Assembly (NCBI GenBank): GCA_001770205.1
Contig: MEQL01000039.1
Span: 368,375-388,374, forward strand
Direction of reading: 5' to 3'
Length of the DNA stretch: 20,000 nt
Origin: Bdellovibrionales bacterium RIFOXYD12_FULL_39_22
Lineage (GTDB): Bacteria > Bdellovibrionota > Bacteriovoracia > Bacteriovoracales > Bacteriovoracaceae
In this document: in pieces, positions 1 through 10,326 of the stretch
Layout: each line of letters opens with the position of its first letter
Numbering within the stretch: the first letter of the stretch is position 1
Made by a program: the position numbers and the translations under genes
Notes under the pieces: generated by a model
What the model was told of the DNA's origin: nothing
The model's database searches: none
Seen by the model: the letters and a program-made list of their open reading frames with translations, nothing else

Positions 1-992
1 ATAATCGCGTCAACGATATTGAGATGGTACGAGAAGAAATTATAAAAATGGTTCCAACTGCCAAAATCGTGGTGGCGCATGGCCAACTTCCTGAGCGACA
101 ATTAGAAGAAAAAATTTCTGCTTTTTACTCTGGGAAATATCATATTTTACTATCCACAACTATCATTGAATCTGGAATCGATATTCCAAATGCTAACACC
201 ATGATAATTAACCGCGCGGATACCTTCGGCCTGGCCCAACTCCATCAGTTACGTGGCCGCATCGGCCGCTCTGACCGCAAGGCCTACGCCTATTTTGTTA
301 TTCCCAAAGAGAAAAAACTAACCACAATTGCGGAACAAAGATTAAAAGCATTACAAACTTACGCCGATATGGGATCTGGATTTTCAATTGCTTCTTCTGA
401 TTTGGAAATTCGTGGGGCCGGCGACATCTTAGGAGCGTCACAGTCTGGCCATATTGAAGAAGTGGGCCTAGAGCTTTATATGGAGCTTTTAAAAGAGGCC
501 ATCGCCGAGCTGAAGGGAGAGCAAAGACGAGTTTCCCGCGATTTGGAAATATCAACTCCTTTCCCGGCCTATATTCCGCACTCATACATCACAGATTCAG
601 CAGAGCGGTTGCGCATTTATAAAAAATTATCTAACTGCACCGATCTAAGCGTCCTATATCAAATTATTGACGATATTTCTGATATTTTTGGAAGTTTTCC
701 AGAAGAGATTAAAAACTTGTTCACAATTATTGAGGCAAAAATTATTCTCGGCCCCTGCGCTTTAAAATCCATTGCGGTGGCCGGATCTACTTTGACCTTT
801 AAGTTTGACCGCGAGGCCATTGACAAGGATACTGCTCTTCGTGATCGAATTGTTAAGCTTTTTACCTCTCGACCAAAAGTTTACAAAATTAATCCCGACT
901 ATAGCGTTATATATGGCCACCGAGAAGTTATCTCTCAAGAAGTTTTATTAAAAATCTCAAAAGATGTTGCGGAGCAACTGGTAAAATGTTAA
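1..992 (+). CDS. mfd: Transcription-repair coupling factor Mfd, C-terminal part (5' end outside window)
   Basis: The frame is open from position 3 (NRVNDIE-M). It shows helicase motifs AHGQ, STTIIESGIDIPNANT and QLRGRIGRS, the TRG motif DLEIRGAGDILGASQSGHI, and the TRCF domain (AYIPHSYI..RLRIYKKL). Confidence 0.97.
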   Translation, partial: NRVNDIEMVREEIIKMVPTAKIVVAHGQLPERQLEEKISAFYSGKYHILLSTTIIESGIDIPNANTMIINRADTFGLAQLHQLRGRIGRSDRKAYAYFVIPKEKKLTTIAEQRLKALQTYADMGSGFSIASSDLEIRGAGDILGASQSGHIEEVGLELYMELLKEAIAELKGEQRRVSRDLEISTPFPAYIPHSYITDSAERLRIYKKLSNCTDLSVLYQIIDDISDIFGSFPEEIKNLFTIIEAKIILGPCALKSIAVAGSTLTFKFDREAIDKDTALRDRIVKLFTSRPKVYKINPDYSVIYGHREVISQEVLLKISKDVAEQLVKC

Positions 993-1047
993 TTTTTTAC
1001 TAATATTATTTGTTATTTCTAATGGGTAACAATTTATCAAAGGACTT

Positions 1048-1872
1048 ATGATGAATTATCTTTTCTCTTTTTTCATCCTTTTCTCTATTCCTTTTTCAAC
1101 AATGGCCCGGCCAAGTAATCCCAATGCGGTGGTTGCCTCCATCAATGGTACAAAAATTCTCGCTGGTGAATTAGAGGTTGCCTATCAGCAAAATGCTCTT
1201 TTTGTTTCGGACAAAAAGGTAACTCGCGAGTCAGTATTGTTGGATCTTATTAATCGCGAACTAGGCATCCAAAAGGCCAAACAAGCTAAACTAGAAAATG
1301 ATCCTACGGTCAAATATAAAATGGAAGATATTCTTTTTCATGCACAGGTTTCAAAAGACCTCGAGGGCAAGCTAAAAGAGATTGTTGTAACTGATAAAGA
1401 TTTAAAGGACTACTACGTTAAATTCCCAGAATATCGCACGGCCCACATTCTTTTTCGCACTACGATCAATCCCAAAGACGATGAAGTAAAGGCCGCCTTA
1501 GCACAGTCGCTAAAAGTTTACGAGGAACTGCGTAAATCTCCTGAGAAATTTCCAGAAATGGCCAATCGCTTCTCTCAGAGCAGCACCGCTCCGGCCGGAG
1601 GAGATATGGGTTTTCAACCGGCCAAAGCACTTGCTCCAGAATATTTCAAGGCCATAAATGGAAAACCAGTTGGCTATATTGCTCCACCAGTGCATACCGC
1701 TTTTGGATTTCATATTGTCAAAATTTTGGCCATTAATTCTTTCGACCAAATTAATGTTGCCTATTATAAAAAAATTATCCACGATATTAAACGCGATGAA
1801 ATTATGGAGCAGTATTTCGCTGCGCAACGCAAAAGTGCTAAAATTGAAATTGACAAGAAGATGCTAGAATAG
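1048..1872 (+). CDS. Exported parvulin-type peptidyl-prolyl isomerase (PpiC/PrsA-like)
   Basis: Signal peptide, VVASINGTKI, and rotamase motifs RTAHIL, SQSSTAPAGGDMGF and PVHTAFGFHIVK. AAGGA RBS upstream; the start may be 1051. Confidence 0.9.
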   Translation: MMNYLFSFFILFSIPFSTMARPSNPNAVVASINGTKILAGELEVAYQQNALFVSDKKVTRESVLLDLINRELGIQKAKQAKLENDPTVKYKMEDILFHAQVSKDLEGKLKEIVVTDKDLKDYYVKFPEYRTAHILFRTTINPKDDEVKAALAQSLKVYEELRKSPEKFPEMANRFSQSSTAPAGGDMGFQPAKALAPEYFKAINGKPVGYIAPPVHTAFGFHIVKILAINSFDQINVAYYKKIIHDIKRDEIMEQYFAAQRKSAKIEIDKKMLE

Positions 1873-1879
1873 GGCCATT

Positions 1880-2800
1880 ATGAACATACTTTTACTTTTT
1901 ACTTTGTTTTTTTCTTTTCTTGTCTCTCCGCTTCGTGCAGAGTTGCTGGATAAAATCGTTGCTGTTATTGATGATGAGGTAGTTTCTCTTTCGCAAATCA
2001 ATCAAATCAAAAGCAATCTTGCTTCTCGCAAAACCATCTCCCCAATTGTTTATTCCAATGAAAAGATGACCGACCAACAAATAGTTGACACGATTATAAA
2101 TGGCCGCTTATCCCGAGACAAGCTTAATGAAGTTGGTATTGTTATTGCTGATGAGATGGTAGAAGAGCAAATAAAGTTAACGGAGCAACGCCTAGGTCTT
2201 TCTAGGTCAGATCTTTTACAATACTTAGAAAGCAATCGATTAACCTTTGATGAATATTTTGAACTAACTCGGGAGGCAATGGAAAATCAATATTTTCATC
2301 AAAAAGTCATTCGTCCACTGATCTCCATTACTGAACAAGAAGTTAAGAATGAATTTTACAAAAAAAATGTCAACAACCAAACCCTGGCATTTCGTTACAA
2401 TCTAGTAGATTTTTCACTTCCTAAGGCCAGCGTTACTGGCGATATGTTGAAACATTTCAAGGATGTTTTAACCAATTTTCAAATATCCGGTGATCTTCCT
2501 AAAGAGTTTAAAAGTTTGGAGACCAACGTTATCGGCGATATAACAGAAGATGGCCTCGCAAAAAATTTAAAAGATCTTTTAAAAGTCACTGATGAGGGCA
2601 AGTTTAGTGATCCTCTTTCCCTCGGAGACGGCAAGCAACATGTTTTTTATGTAAAGAAAAAGGATCTGGTTGAATCTGAACTTTTCATTAAGCAGAAGAT
2701 GGAAATTCAGGCGGAACTATTTTATAAGCAGTCAAAAATAACGGAAGAAGTTTGGTTTCAGCGAGAACGTAATAAGCATTATATTAAAACTTTTTTTTAA
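1880..2800 (+). CDS. SurA N-terminal-domain periplasmic chaperone with a degenerate PPIase domain
   Basis: Signal peptide followed by LLDKIVAVIDDEVVSLS, typical of the SurA N-terminus. It sits between a PPIase and pdxA, as in surA-pdxA operons. Confidence 0.8.
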   Translation: MNILLLFTLFFSFLVSPLRAELLDKIVAVIDDEVVSLSQINQIKSNLASRKTISPIVYSNEKMTDQQIVDTIINGRLSRDKLNEVGIVIADEMVEEQIKLTEQRLGLSRSDLLQYLESNRLTFDEYFELTREAMENQYFHQKVIRPLISITEQEVKNEFYKKNVNNQTLAFRYNLVDFSLPKASVTGDMLKHFKDVLTNFQISGDLPKEFKSLETNVIGDITEDGLAKNLKDLLKVTDEGKFSDPLSLGDGKQHVFYVKKKDLVESELFIKQKMEIQAELFYKQSKITEEVWFQRERNKHYIKTFF

Positions 2801-2813
2801 TACTTTGTAGATT

Positions 2814-3752
2814 ATGATTATTGTCTCACAGGGACATGAAAGGTCTATAGCATTAGAGGTTTTTTTTAAAAGCTCTCTCTTGCTTTCTCCTCGTGAACTA
2901 TCACAAATTTTATTAGTGGCCGACGAAAGTTCCATTGCTAAAAATTTAGAAGATTTACGGTTTAAATTTAGCATTAAAAACAAAAGCATTATTATTAATA
3001 AGAAAATTATTCCTTTTCATGCCACAACAAGCTCTCTCGTTCCACTTTCTACTAATTCTTTGTCGACGGCACTGTCTCTTATAAATCCAATACGGGATGT
3101 TTTGTTGACATTACCGACCTCCAAAGATCAGCTCTCAATCGGGAAAAAGCAACTGGCCGGATATACCGAGTATTTGCGTGAACACTTTGCTAATCAATTT
3201 TTGGCCATGAATTTTGTGGCCGACAAGCATCAAATAATGCTTGTTACTGATCACTTGCCTCTTAAGCAAGTATCCTCGACTATTAATTCCAATTTAATTG
3301 TGCAAAAGAGTATTCTTTCTCTCGATGGTTACCATAAATTTTTTCAAACTATTAATGAGATTTATTTTGCGGGCATTAATCCTCATGCTGGAGAAGCTGG
3401 AATTTTAGGAAATGAAGATCGTGTTGTTTCTGAAGCAATTAAAGTTTTGGCGCAAAAGTATCCCTCTAAAAAATTCCATGGCCCTCTTTCGGGAGATACA
3501 CTTCATACTATTTCACCTCTAAGCAATCGCTTATTTGTTTATATGTTTCACGACCAGGGATTGGCCCCCTTTAAGGCCCTCCATGGTTTCACTGGACTTA
3601 ATGTTTCTCTCGGACTACCTTTCTTGCGATTAAGCGTTGACCATGGCACGGCCTTTTCTCTTTACGGAAAAGGAAATGCCGATCATTCCGGCTGCTCTTT
3701 TGTTTTAGCGCAGGCACTTTCGGTCAACCAAAAACTTGCAAGAGGTGAGTGA
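2814..3752 (+). CDS. pdxA: 4-hydroxythreonine-4-phosphate dehydrogenase PdxA family
   Basis: Motifs VTDHLPL, GINPHAGE, GPLSGDT, MFHDQGLAPFK and GLPFLRLSVDHGTAF. Confidence 0.9.
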   Translation: MIIVSQGHERSIALEVFFKSSLLLSPRELSQILLVADESSIAKNLEDLRFKFSIKNKSIIINKKIIPFHATTSSLVPLSTNSLSTALSLINPIRDVLLTLPTSKDQLSIGKKQLAGYTEYLREHFANQFLAMNFVADKHQIMLVTDHLPLKQVSSTINSNLIVQKSILSLDGYHKFFQTINEIYFAGINPHAGEAGILGNEDRVVSEAIKVLAQKYPSKKFHGPLSGDTLHTISPLSNRLFVYMFHDQGLAPFKALHGFTGLNVSLGLPFLRLSVDHGTAFSLYGKGNADHSGCSFVLAQALSVNQKLARGE

Positions 3753-6577
3753 TGGCCATAAATGAAATTCAAATCACTGGCGCGCGCGTTCACAACCTAA
3801 AAAATATCTCTCTGGCTATTCCCAAAAATAAACTAGTCGTAATCTCTGGCCCTTCTGGTTCGGGAAAATCTTCCCTGGCCTTTGATACTCTCTATGTTGA
3901 GGGCCAACGCCGCTACATTGAATCACTTTCCTCTTATGCTCGCCAATTTTTAGAACAGTTTCAGCCTCCGGAAGTAGAATCTATCTCCGGCCTCTCTCCG
4001 GCCATAGCCATAAACCAAGGAACCTCCAGTCGAAATCCTCGCTCTACCGTTGGAACCATCACCGAAATATACGACTACCTTCGTATTCTTTATGCACGAA
4101 TTGGAAAATTATATTGCCCTACTTCCAATATTGAAATTCGCAAATATTCTCCAACTCAAGTGGCCAATGAAATTTTAAATCATGAACTGGGGGCCAAGAT
4201 AATTATCTTTGCTCCTCTTTATTCTAAGCTGGGAGAAAATATTCCCGAAAAACTACATCGCGCTATTGCCCAAGGATTTACCCGAGCACGTCTTAATAAT
4301 GAAATCATTTCCCTCGAAGAAGTTAGTACTCCCAAAGAATTATCACAAATTGATATTGTAATTGACCGAGTTATTCTCAAGGCCGATATAAAAAAACGTT
4401 TAGTTGATTCCATTGAATTAGCAATGAAGTTTTGTGATGGCAATGTACTAGTCGATATCTCTGGAAAGAATTTTCTCTTTAGTGAGAAGAATGTTTCTCC
4501 GGCCACTTTTGAAGTTTTTCCTCCTCTATCTCCTCAACTTTTTTCTTTTAATTCTCCCGTGGGAGCATGCCATACCTGTAAGGGAATTGGCTCTAGTCGC
4601 CTTTTTAGCATGGAAAAAATGATTCTAGATAAATCACTCTCCATAGCAGATGGCGCCATTCGTGCCCTTTCAAAGCGCAACTCTTTTTTTTATAAAATGG
4701 TGCAGACGGTGGCAGAAATTGAGGGCGTAGATTTGGCCACCAGCTATCGTCATCTTCCTAAAAGCTTTATTAAAATTTTATGGCATGGTACCTCCAAAAA
4801 GTATGAATTTGTTTTTACTTCTGAGAATTCACAATTTAATTTTACCAAACCGTTCGAAGGTATTTTATCCTTCTTAGATCGCAAATATCTCGATTCGGCC
4901 ACCGATAAAAAACGTCTGGAACTTGAGGCATTTATGTCCATTCAAACTTGCCCCGATTGTGCTGGACGAAAGTTAAATCCCATTGCTCTTTCCACTCGCA
5001 TTGGGGAATGCAATATTTCTGAGCTGGCGGAAATGACTATCGCCGATCTTTATCTTTTTATTACCACCTTAAAGCTTGATAATCATACCAGTGAGATTGC
5101 AAAAAATTTATTAAAAGAGATTCGCAATCGTTTACAATTTCTTTTAGATGTTGGCCTTCATTATTTAACACTTAGTAGAAATGCCGCCTCTTTGGCGGGA
5201 GGAGAGGCCCAACGCATTCGTCTAGCAACTCAAATTGGCTCATCGCTCACTGGTGTTTTATATATATTAGATGAACCAAGCATTGGATTGCACCCGCGCG
5301 ATACTCATCGCCTAATTAATACTCTGATTAATTTAAAAAACCTGGGTAATACCGTCATCGTAGTTGAACATGACCTCGAAGTTATAAATAGTGCCGACTA
5401 CTTAATTGATTTTGGCCCAGAGGCCGGTAGTCGAGGAGGAGAGATAACTGCGGCCGGCACCCTGGATGAGATTCGTAATGCTACTCATTTTCCGCACTCA
5501 AAAACTGCCCAGCTTTTGGCCAATACCCTTTCTATCGCCGTTCCGGCCACTCGCAACGTCAGTACTAATTTTTTAAAAATTTTTGGTGTCAACAAAAACA
5601 ATCTCAAAAACATTGACGTGGAAATTCCACTTAACTCTTTTGTCTGTCTTACCGGCGTTAGTGGCTCTGGGAAATCAACACTCATGCACCAAGTTTTAGT
5701 TCCGGCAGTGCGTAACAGTCTAAGTAAAAAATCCTCCCTTGAACAATCCACGAATTATCGCGCTATTTCTGGCATTGGCCAGCTGAAGGGGATTATAGAA
5801 TTAGACCAAGGGCCCATTGGCCGCACTCCTAATTCAAACCCTGCGACCTACACAGGAATTTTTGATGAAATTCGTAAAATTTTTGCAATGTCTAATGAAT
5901 CCAAACTCCGAGGTTATTCTGCTGGCCGCTTTAGTTTCAATGTTAAAGGTGGCCGCTGTGAAGAGTGTGAGGGCGATGGTGTAAAAAAAATTGAAATGCA
6001 CTTTCTTCCCGATGTTTATATCAAGTGTAACGAATGCAACGGTACTCGCTATAACCAAGAAACTCTTTCCATTCTCTATAAGGGAAAAAATATTCACGAT
6101 GTATTACACATGACAGTGGCCGAAGCAATGGACTTTTTTTCTAATCATCCTAAAATTTATAAAACTCTTTCAACCCTCAATGATGTTGGCCTTTCCTATT
6201 TGCAGCTTGGCCAGCCGGCCAACACTCTTTCTGGCGGCGAAGCACAACGCTTAAAACTTTCTCGTGAACTCTCACGCAAAACTTATGGCAATACTCTTTA
6301 CATTTTAGATGAGCCTTCAACCGGCCTGCATATCTATGATATTAAAATTTTACTCTCTGCTTTGATGAATTTAGTAAAAAATGGTAATTCCGTATTAGTC
6401 ATTGAGCATAATATCGAAATTATCAAAACCGCAGACTACATAATTGATCTGGGCCCCGAAGGCGGTGCCGGCGGCGGTGAATTGGTGGCCTTTGGAACTC
6501 CCGAGCAAATTTGCCAAACGGCCGCAACACAAAACTCACATACTGTTAAATATCTGGCATCTGCGCTTACTCGTTAA
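3752..6577 (+). CDS. uvrA: Excinuclease ABC subunit A
   Basis: [10 protein letters not shown], two Walker A motifs ([18 protein letters not shown]), [24 protein letters not shown] and LSGGEAQR. The ATG overlaps the pdxA stop (TGATG). Confidence 0.98.
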   Translation: MAINEIQITGARVHNLKNISLAIPKNKLVVISGPSGSGKSSLAFDTLYVEGQRRYIESLSSYARQFLEQFQPPEVESISGLSPAIAINQGTSSRNPRSTVGTITEIYDYLRILYARIGKLYCPTSNIEIRKYSPTQVANEILNHELGAKIIIFAPLYSKLGENIPEKLHRAIAQGFTRARLNNEIISLEEVSTPKELSQIDIVIDRVILKADIKKRLVDSIELAMKFCDGNVLVDISGKNFLFSEKNVSPATFEVFPPLSPQLFSFNSPVGACHTCKGIGSSRLFSMEKMILDKSLSIADGAIRALSKRNSFFYKMVQTVAEIEGVDLATSYRHLPKSFIKILWHGTSKKYEFVFTSENSQFNFTKPFEGILSFLDRKYLDSATDKKRLELEAFMSIQTCPDCAGRKLNPIALSTRIGECNISELAEMTIADLYLFITTLKLDNHTSEIAKNLLKEIRNRLQFLLDVGLHYLTLSRNAASLAGGEAQRIRLATQIGSSLTGVLYILDEPSIGLHPRDTHRLINTLINLKNLGNTVIVVEHDLEVINSADYLIDFGPEAGSRGGEITAAGTLDEIRNATHFPHSKTAQLLANTLSIAVPATRNVSTNFLKIFGVNKNNLKNIDVEIPLNSFVCLTGVSGSGKSTLMHQVLVPAVRNSLSKKSSLEQSTNYRAISGIGQLKGIIELDQGPIGRTPNSNPATYTGIFDEIRKIFAMSNESKLRGYSAGRFSFNVKGGRCEECEGDGVKKIEMHFLPDVYIKCNECNGTRYNQETLSILYKGKNIHDVLHMTVAEAMDFFSNHPKIYKTLSTLNDVGLSYLQLGQPANTLSGGEAQRLKLSRELSRKTYGNTLYILDEPSTGLHIYDIKILLSALMNLVKNGNSVLVIEHNIEIIKTADYIIDLGPEGGAGGGELVAFGTPEQICQTAATQNSHTVKYLASALTR

Positions 6578-6669
6578 TAGCTAAGAAATTCATTTCGCGA
6601 AAAATTTACACACCACTTTTCTTTTCAAAGACCTATAGATATCTTGGGAAAAAAAATTGGGAGAAATTT

Positions 6670-8652
6670 ATGAATTTATTTAAAAAAGGTATTTATTTAT
6701 TATCCATTACTATCTTTTTTTCGGCCTTTGCTCAAAATTATGAATCAACACCCTCTTCCCGCGAATATCGAAAAAAGGCCCTTTTTATATGCCACCAAAT
6801 TAGTGCTTCTTCCGAATTAAATTATTCTGAGAATTTCTCTGCAGAATTTGTGGCAAACATAGATAAGTCAACTTTGCTAGAAAATTTTCAAGGAATCTAT
6901 CGTGCACATGGGCCATGTACCCATATTAAGCTGGCCTCTCTCCCTTTTGATCCAACCAAAACCATTTATTATCATTTCTTTTTATCCGACAACCAATTTG
7001 CTGTTTTTAGCATCAAATTACAAGATGACGGCAAAATTTCCGGCCTTCGCTTTCATGGCACCGATGATCCAACGATCAACCTCGACATCCGAGAACAGAT
7101 GATTCCGATGCGCGACGGAACTCTTCTTCGAACCTTCTCTTATGTTCGCCAAGGCGATAACACTCCTCGCTCAACGATCATAACTCGAACTCCCTACCTG
7201 GTGCTAAACGACAATCCGCGCCTGTATGAGAGTTTTTACGCGGTTACTGCCAAATATTTTATTCGGCGCGGCCACAACTTTGTATTACAGGCCATTCGTG
7301 GAACCCATGGCTCTGAAGGACAATATAAACTTTTTCATCCACACGAGATTAATGATGGATATGATACAATCGAGTGGGCCGCCACTCAATCTTTTTGCGA
7401 TGGAAAAATTGGAGTAACCGGAACATCTTATGACGGATTTACCTCTCTTGCTGCCGCCATTTCCAATCATCCTGCATTAAAAGTTGTTTTAGCGGGAGGC
7501 TCACCTTCTAATTTGGCAACAGACGCCTTTATGCCCAACGGCATTTTGATATTAAGCGCTCTCGACTATATTCGTTACAACCAAACAGGCCACGGTAACG
7601 CTTGGACACCTAACTTTGCGGCACTCGCTGCTCAAAAATTACTTGATGTACCTTTGGTAGAAAATTACGATGAAATTCTTTTTGGCCAAGATTTTTCGGA
7701 ATGGAATCTAATGGTAAAAAACTATTCCGATCTTAGCGCCCCTTTTTGGAAGGAACGCCAGATTTTTGATCGCTTGCGAGATATTCAAGTTCCCACCTAT
7801 CACATTGCTGGAATGAGGGTGGACGGAGATATGCCCGATGTCGTACGCAATTTTGAAGAGATCAATAGAAATTCTCCCTATAAAAATAACCATCATCTTA
7901 TCTTGGGTTATTGGGATCACGGCAACTCAACTCCCGCCTGGGGCGGAAGTAATCTTTCTCCTTTTATGCAAGAGCGATTCGGGGCCTTGCTAAATTATTA
8001 TTTAAAAAATGTCGACACCCCTTTTGCCCACGCTCCTCGAGTACAAGTGGCCTCTAATTTCTCGGATAAATTTATTGAATCTGATAATTATCCCCTTCCC
8101 CTTTCAAGATCCAGCAAACTTTTTTTTAACCATCAGGCCAACACTTTCACCTTGGATGCCACCACTTTTGATAGTTCTCCCGCATCCTATGCCTTTCGTT
8201 CATTAGAACTTAATAACTTTGATCCAAGCAGTGGGCAATCGCTTATCTACACCAAAGTTTTCAAAAAAGGCGAAGCCCTCAACATTAATGGTACCATCGA
8301 CTTTAACCTCTATCTTTCGATTGATACCCCTCAAACAGATTTTCTGGCCATAATTGCCAAGCTGGGAGTGGATGGAAAAGAAGAATTTGTTACCAACTGC
8401 TTAAATGGCACTCGCATTAAAAATGATGGCCCACCAAACGAGGTGATCAACGTACACTTTCAGTCATGTCCCATAATGAAGAAATTTCAAGAAGGCGAAC
8501 AATTGCTAGTTATTTTCGCCAGCAACCTCTTTCCATCCGTTGTTCGCAGCTCAAATAGTCAAACAGGAGAACTATCTTCTTTGAATGATGCCAATATTAC
8601 ACTATATCAGTCATCAGAATACCCCAGCAGCATGGCCATCTCCGAAGAATAG
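6670..8652 (+). CDS. Secreted CocE/NonD-family (peptidase S15-like) alpha/beta hydrolase with an extra N-terminal domain
   Basis: Signal peptide, MIPMRDGTLL, RTPY, RGTHGSEG, DGYDTIEW, nucleophile motif GTSYDG and LGYWDH. GGAG RBS upstream. Confidence 0.9.
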   Translation: MNLFKKGIYLLSITIFFSAFAQNYESTPSSREYRKKALFICHQISASSELNYSENFSAEFVANIDKSTLLENFQGIYRAHGPCTHIKLASLPFDPTKTIYYHFFLSDNQFAVFSIKLQDDGKISGLRFHGTDDPTINLDIREQMIPMRDGTLLRTFSYVRQGDNTPRSTIITRTPYLVLNDNPRLYESFYAVTAKYFIRRGHNFVLQAIRGTHGSEGQYKLFHPHEINDGYDTIEWAATQSFCDGKIGVTGTSYDGFTSLAAAISNHPALKVVLAGGSPSNLATDAFMPNGILILSALDYIRYNQTGHGNAWTPNFAALAAQKLLDVPLVENYDEILFGQDFSEWNLMVKNYSDLSAPFWKERQIFDRLRDIQVPTYHIAGMRVDGDMPDVVRNFEEINRNSPYKNNHHLILGYWDHGNSTPAWGGSNLSPFMQERFGALLNYYLKNVDTPFAHAPRVQVASNFSDKFIESDNYPLPLSRSSKLFFNHQANTFTLDATTFDSSPASYAFRSLELNNFDPSSGQSLIYTKVFKKGEALNINGTIDFNLYLSIDTPQTDFLAIIAKLGVDGKEEFVTNCLNGTRIKNDGPPNEVINVHFQSCPIMKKFQEGEQLLVIFASNLFPSVVRSSNSQTGELSSLNDANITLYQSSEYPSSMAISEE

Positions 8653-8675
8653 TGCTCCTTCTTTTTAAATAACCA

Positions 8676-8705
8676 TTGACCGCCTTTAATTCTTGGCCAT
8701 AGAAT
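8676..8705 (+). promoter_or_regulatory. Putative sigma70 promoter of the ALDH gene
   Basis: TTGACC-N18-TAGAAT ending 48 nt upstream of ATG 8754, which has a GAGG RBS. Confidence 0.6.
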
Positions 8706-8753
8706 TGAGGCGCCAAAATTCAATGCTTTTTCACCTAAAACAAGAGAGGAAAT

Positions 8754-10124
8754 ATGGACTTTTACACAATCAACCCAACTACTGGCGAAAAAATTAAAGG
8801 TTATAACTATGAACCCTTTGCATCTATTTCAAAAAAATTAGATGCAGCACAGGAGGCCTTCAGTTTTTGGAGCAAACTCCCTCTTGCCGAACGATCTAAG
8901 CATGTAAAAAACTTGGCGCAATCACTACGCAAAAATATCGAGGCTGGCGCAAAGGCCATTGTGGAAGAGATGGGAAAAACCATCGGTGAGGCCAAGGGCG
9001 AAATTGAAAAAAGTGCATGGCTTTGCGAAGTCTATGCGGATAAATCTGCAGAATGGCTATCTGAAGAAACCGTTCAGGCCGATGGCCTAATGCATAAGGT
9101 GCGCTACGAACCGCTCGGCGTGGTTCTTTGCATTATGCCTTGGAATTATCCATTCTGGCAGGCCATTCGCTTTGCCATTCCAGGGATTATGGCCGGAAAT
9201 GTTTCTATTCTTAAGCACTCTAATAATGTTCCCGAAAGTGCATTAATTCTCGAAAAAATTTTTTCTGATGCCGGTTTTCCTAAAAATGTTTTTCAAGCGA
9301 CTATTACCAACCACGCCAACGTTGGCAAAATGATCGAGTCTCCCATTATCAAAGGAATTTCCCTAACTGGAAGTACGGCCGTGGGAATGAAAGTAGGGGA
9401 GATGGCCGGAAAAAATTTAAAGAAAATGGTATTAGAACTTGGGGGGTCTGATCCCTTTATTGTACTAGATGATGCCGACCTTCCTGCTGCGGCCAAGAAT
9501 GCTGCACAAGCACGCTTACAAAATTGTGGACAAAGCTGCATTGCCGGCAAACGCTTTATTGTTATGGAAAAAGCAGCAAAAGAATTTTCTGAACTTTTAA
9601 AAATCGAAATGGAAAAACGCATCACTGGCGACCCAACCAACCCTGCGACACAAATGGGCCCACTTTATGCCTTGTCTGCTGTAAAAGAGGTCGAAGAACA
9701 AGTTGCTGATGCAATAAGAAAAGGTGCCAAAGTTTTATGTGGCGGAAAAAAAATGGAAGGCCCCGGTGCTTTTTATCCTCCCACCCTTATCACCAATGTA
9801 ACGATGGATATGAAGGTTATGACAGAAGAGGTTTTTGGCCCGGTTGCTCCCATCTTTATTGTTAAAAGCGAAGAGGAGGCAATTAAAATTGCAAATTCTA
9901 CTGAGTATGGATTGGGCGGCTGTGTTTGGAGTAAAAACCTAGACCGTGCTGAGCGCGTTGCTCAAAAGGTAGAGTGTGGAAGCATTTTTATAAATGCTTT
10001 TACTAAATCCGATCCTCGTATGCCTTTTGGTGGAATTAAAATGAGTGGATTAGGCCGAGAACTTTCCAAATATGGCGCACGCGAATTTACTAATCTCAAG
10101 GCCTACAACATTTACAAAGCATAA
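8754..10124 (+). CDS. NAD(P)-dependent succinate-semialdehyde dehydrogenase-like aldehyde dehydrogenase (Sad/GabD1 type)
   Basis: IMPWNYPFWQ, LTGST, LELGGSDPF (catalytic Glu), NCGQSC (catalytic Cys), EEVFGP and PFGGIKMSGLGREL. Confidence 0.92.
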   Translation: MDFYTINPTTGEKIKGYNYEPFASISKKLDAAQEAFSFWSKLPLAERSKHVKNLAQSLRKNIEAGAKAIVEEMGKTIGEAKGEIEKSAWLCEVYADKSAEWLSEETVQADGLMHKVRYEPLGVVLCIMPWNYPFWQAIRFAIPGIMAGNVSILKHSNNVPESALILEKIFSDAGFPKNVFQATITNHANVGKMIESPIIKGISLTGSTAVGMKVGEMAGKNLKKMVLELGGSDPFIVLDDADLPAAAKNAAQARLQNCGQSCIAGKRFIVMEKAAKEFSELLKIEMEKRITGDPTNPATQMGPLYALSAVKEVEEQVADAIRKGAKVLCGGKKMEGPGAFYPPTLITNVTMDMKVMTEEVFGPVAPIFIVKSEEEAIKIANSTEYGLGGCVWSKNLDRAERVAQKVECGSIFINAFTKSDPRMPFGGIKMSGLGRELSKYGAREFTNLKAYNIYKA

Positions 10125-10137
10125 ATACTTTCGCCAG

Positions 10138-10175
10138 GCCGGCCATAAATCTGGTGGCCAGCTCTTTTTCTTTTT
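10138..10175 (+). terminator. Putative intrinsic terminator after the ALDH gene
   Basis: GCcGGCCA-N9-TGGCCaGC stem followed by TCTTTTTCTTTTT. Confidence 0.6.
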
Positions 10176-10326
10176 AAATTATCTCGATCCTAAGGGGATC
10201 TTTTAATGAGTATATATTTTTTACAATTATCAAAAAAATTTTCCACTTGATTAAATTTATACAGTAGTGTAATTATCAGAAATATTTATATTGTTTTTAT
10301 TAACTTTTTCTAATTCAGGAGTTTTT

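Noticed and set aside
6593..6602. TTTCGCGAAA palindrome after uvrA
   Set aside because: It has no loop and is too short to call a terminator or operator.
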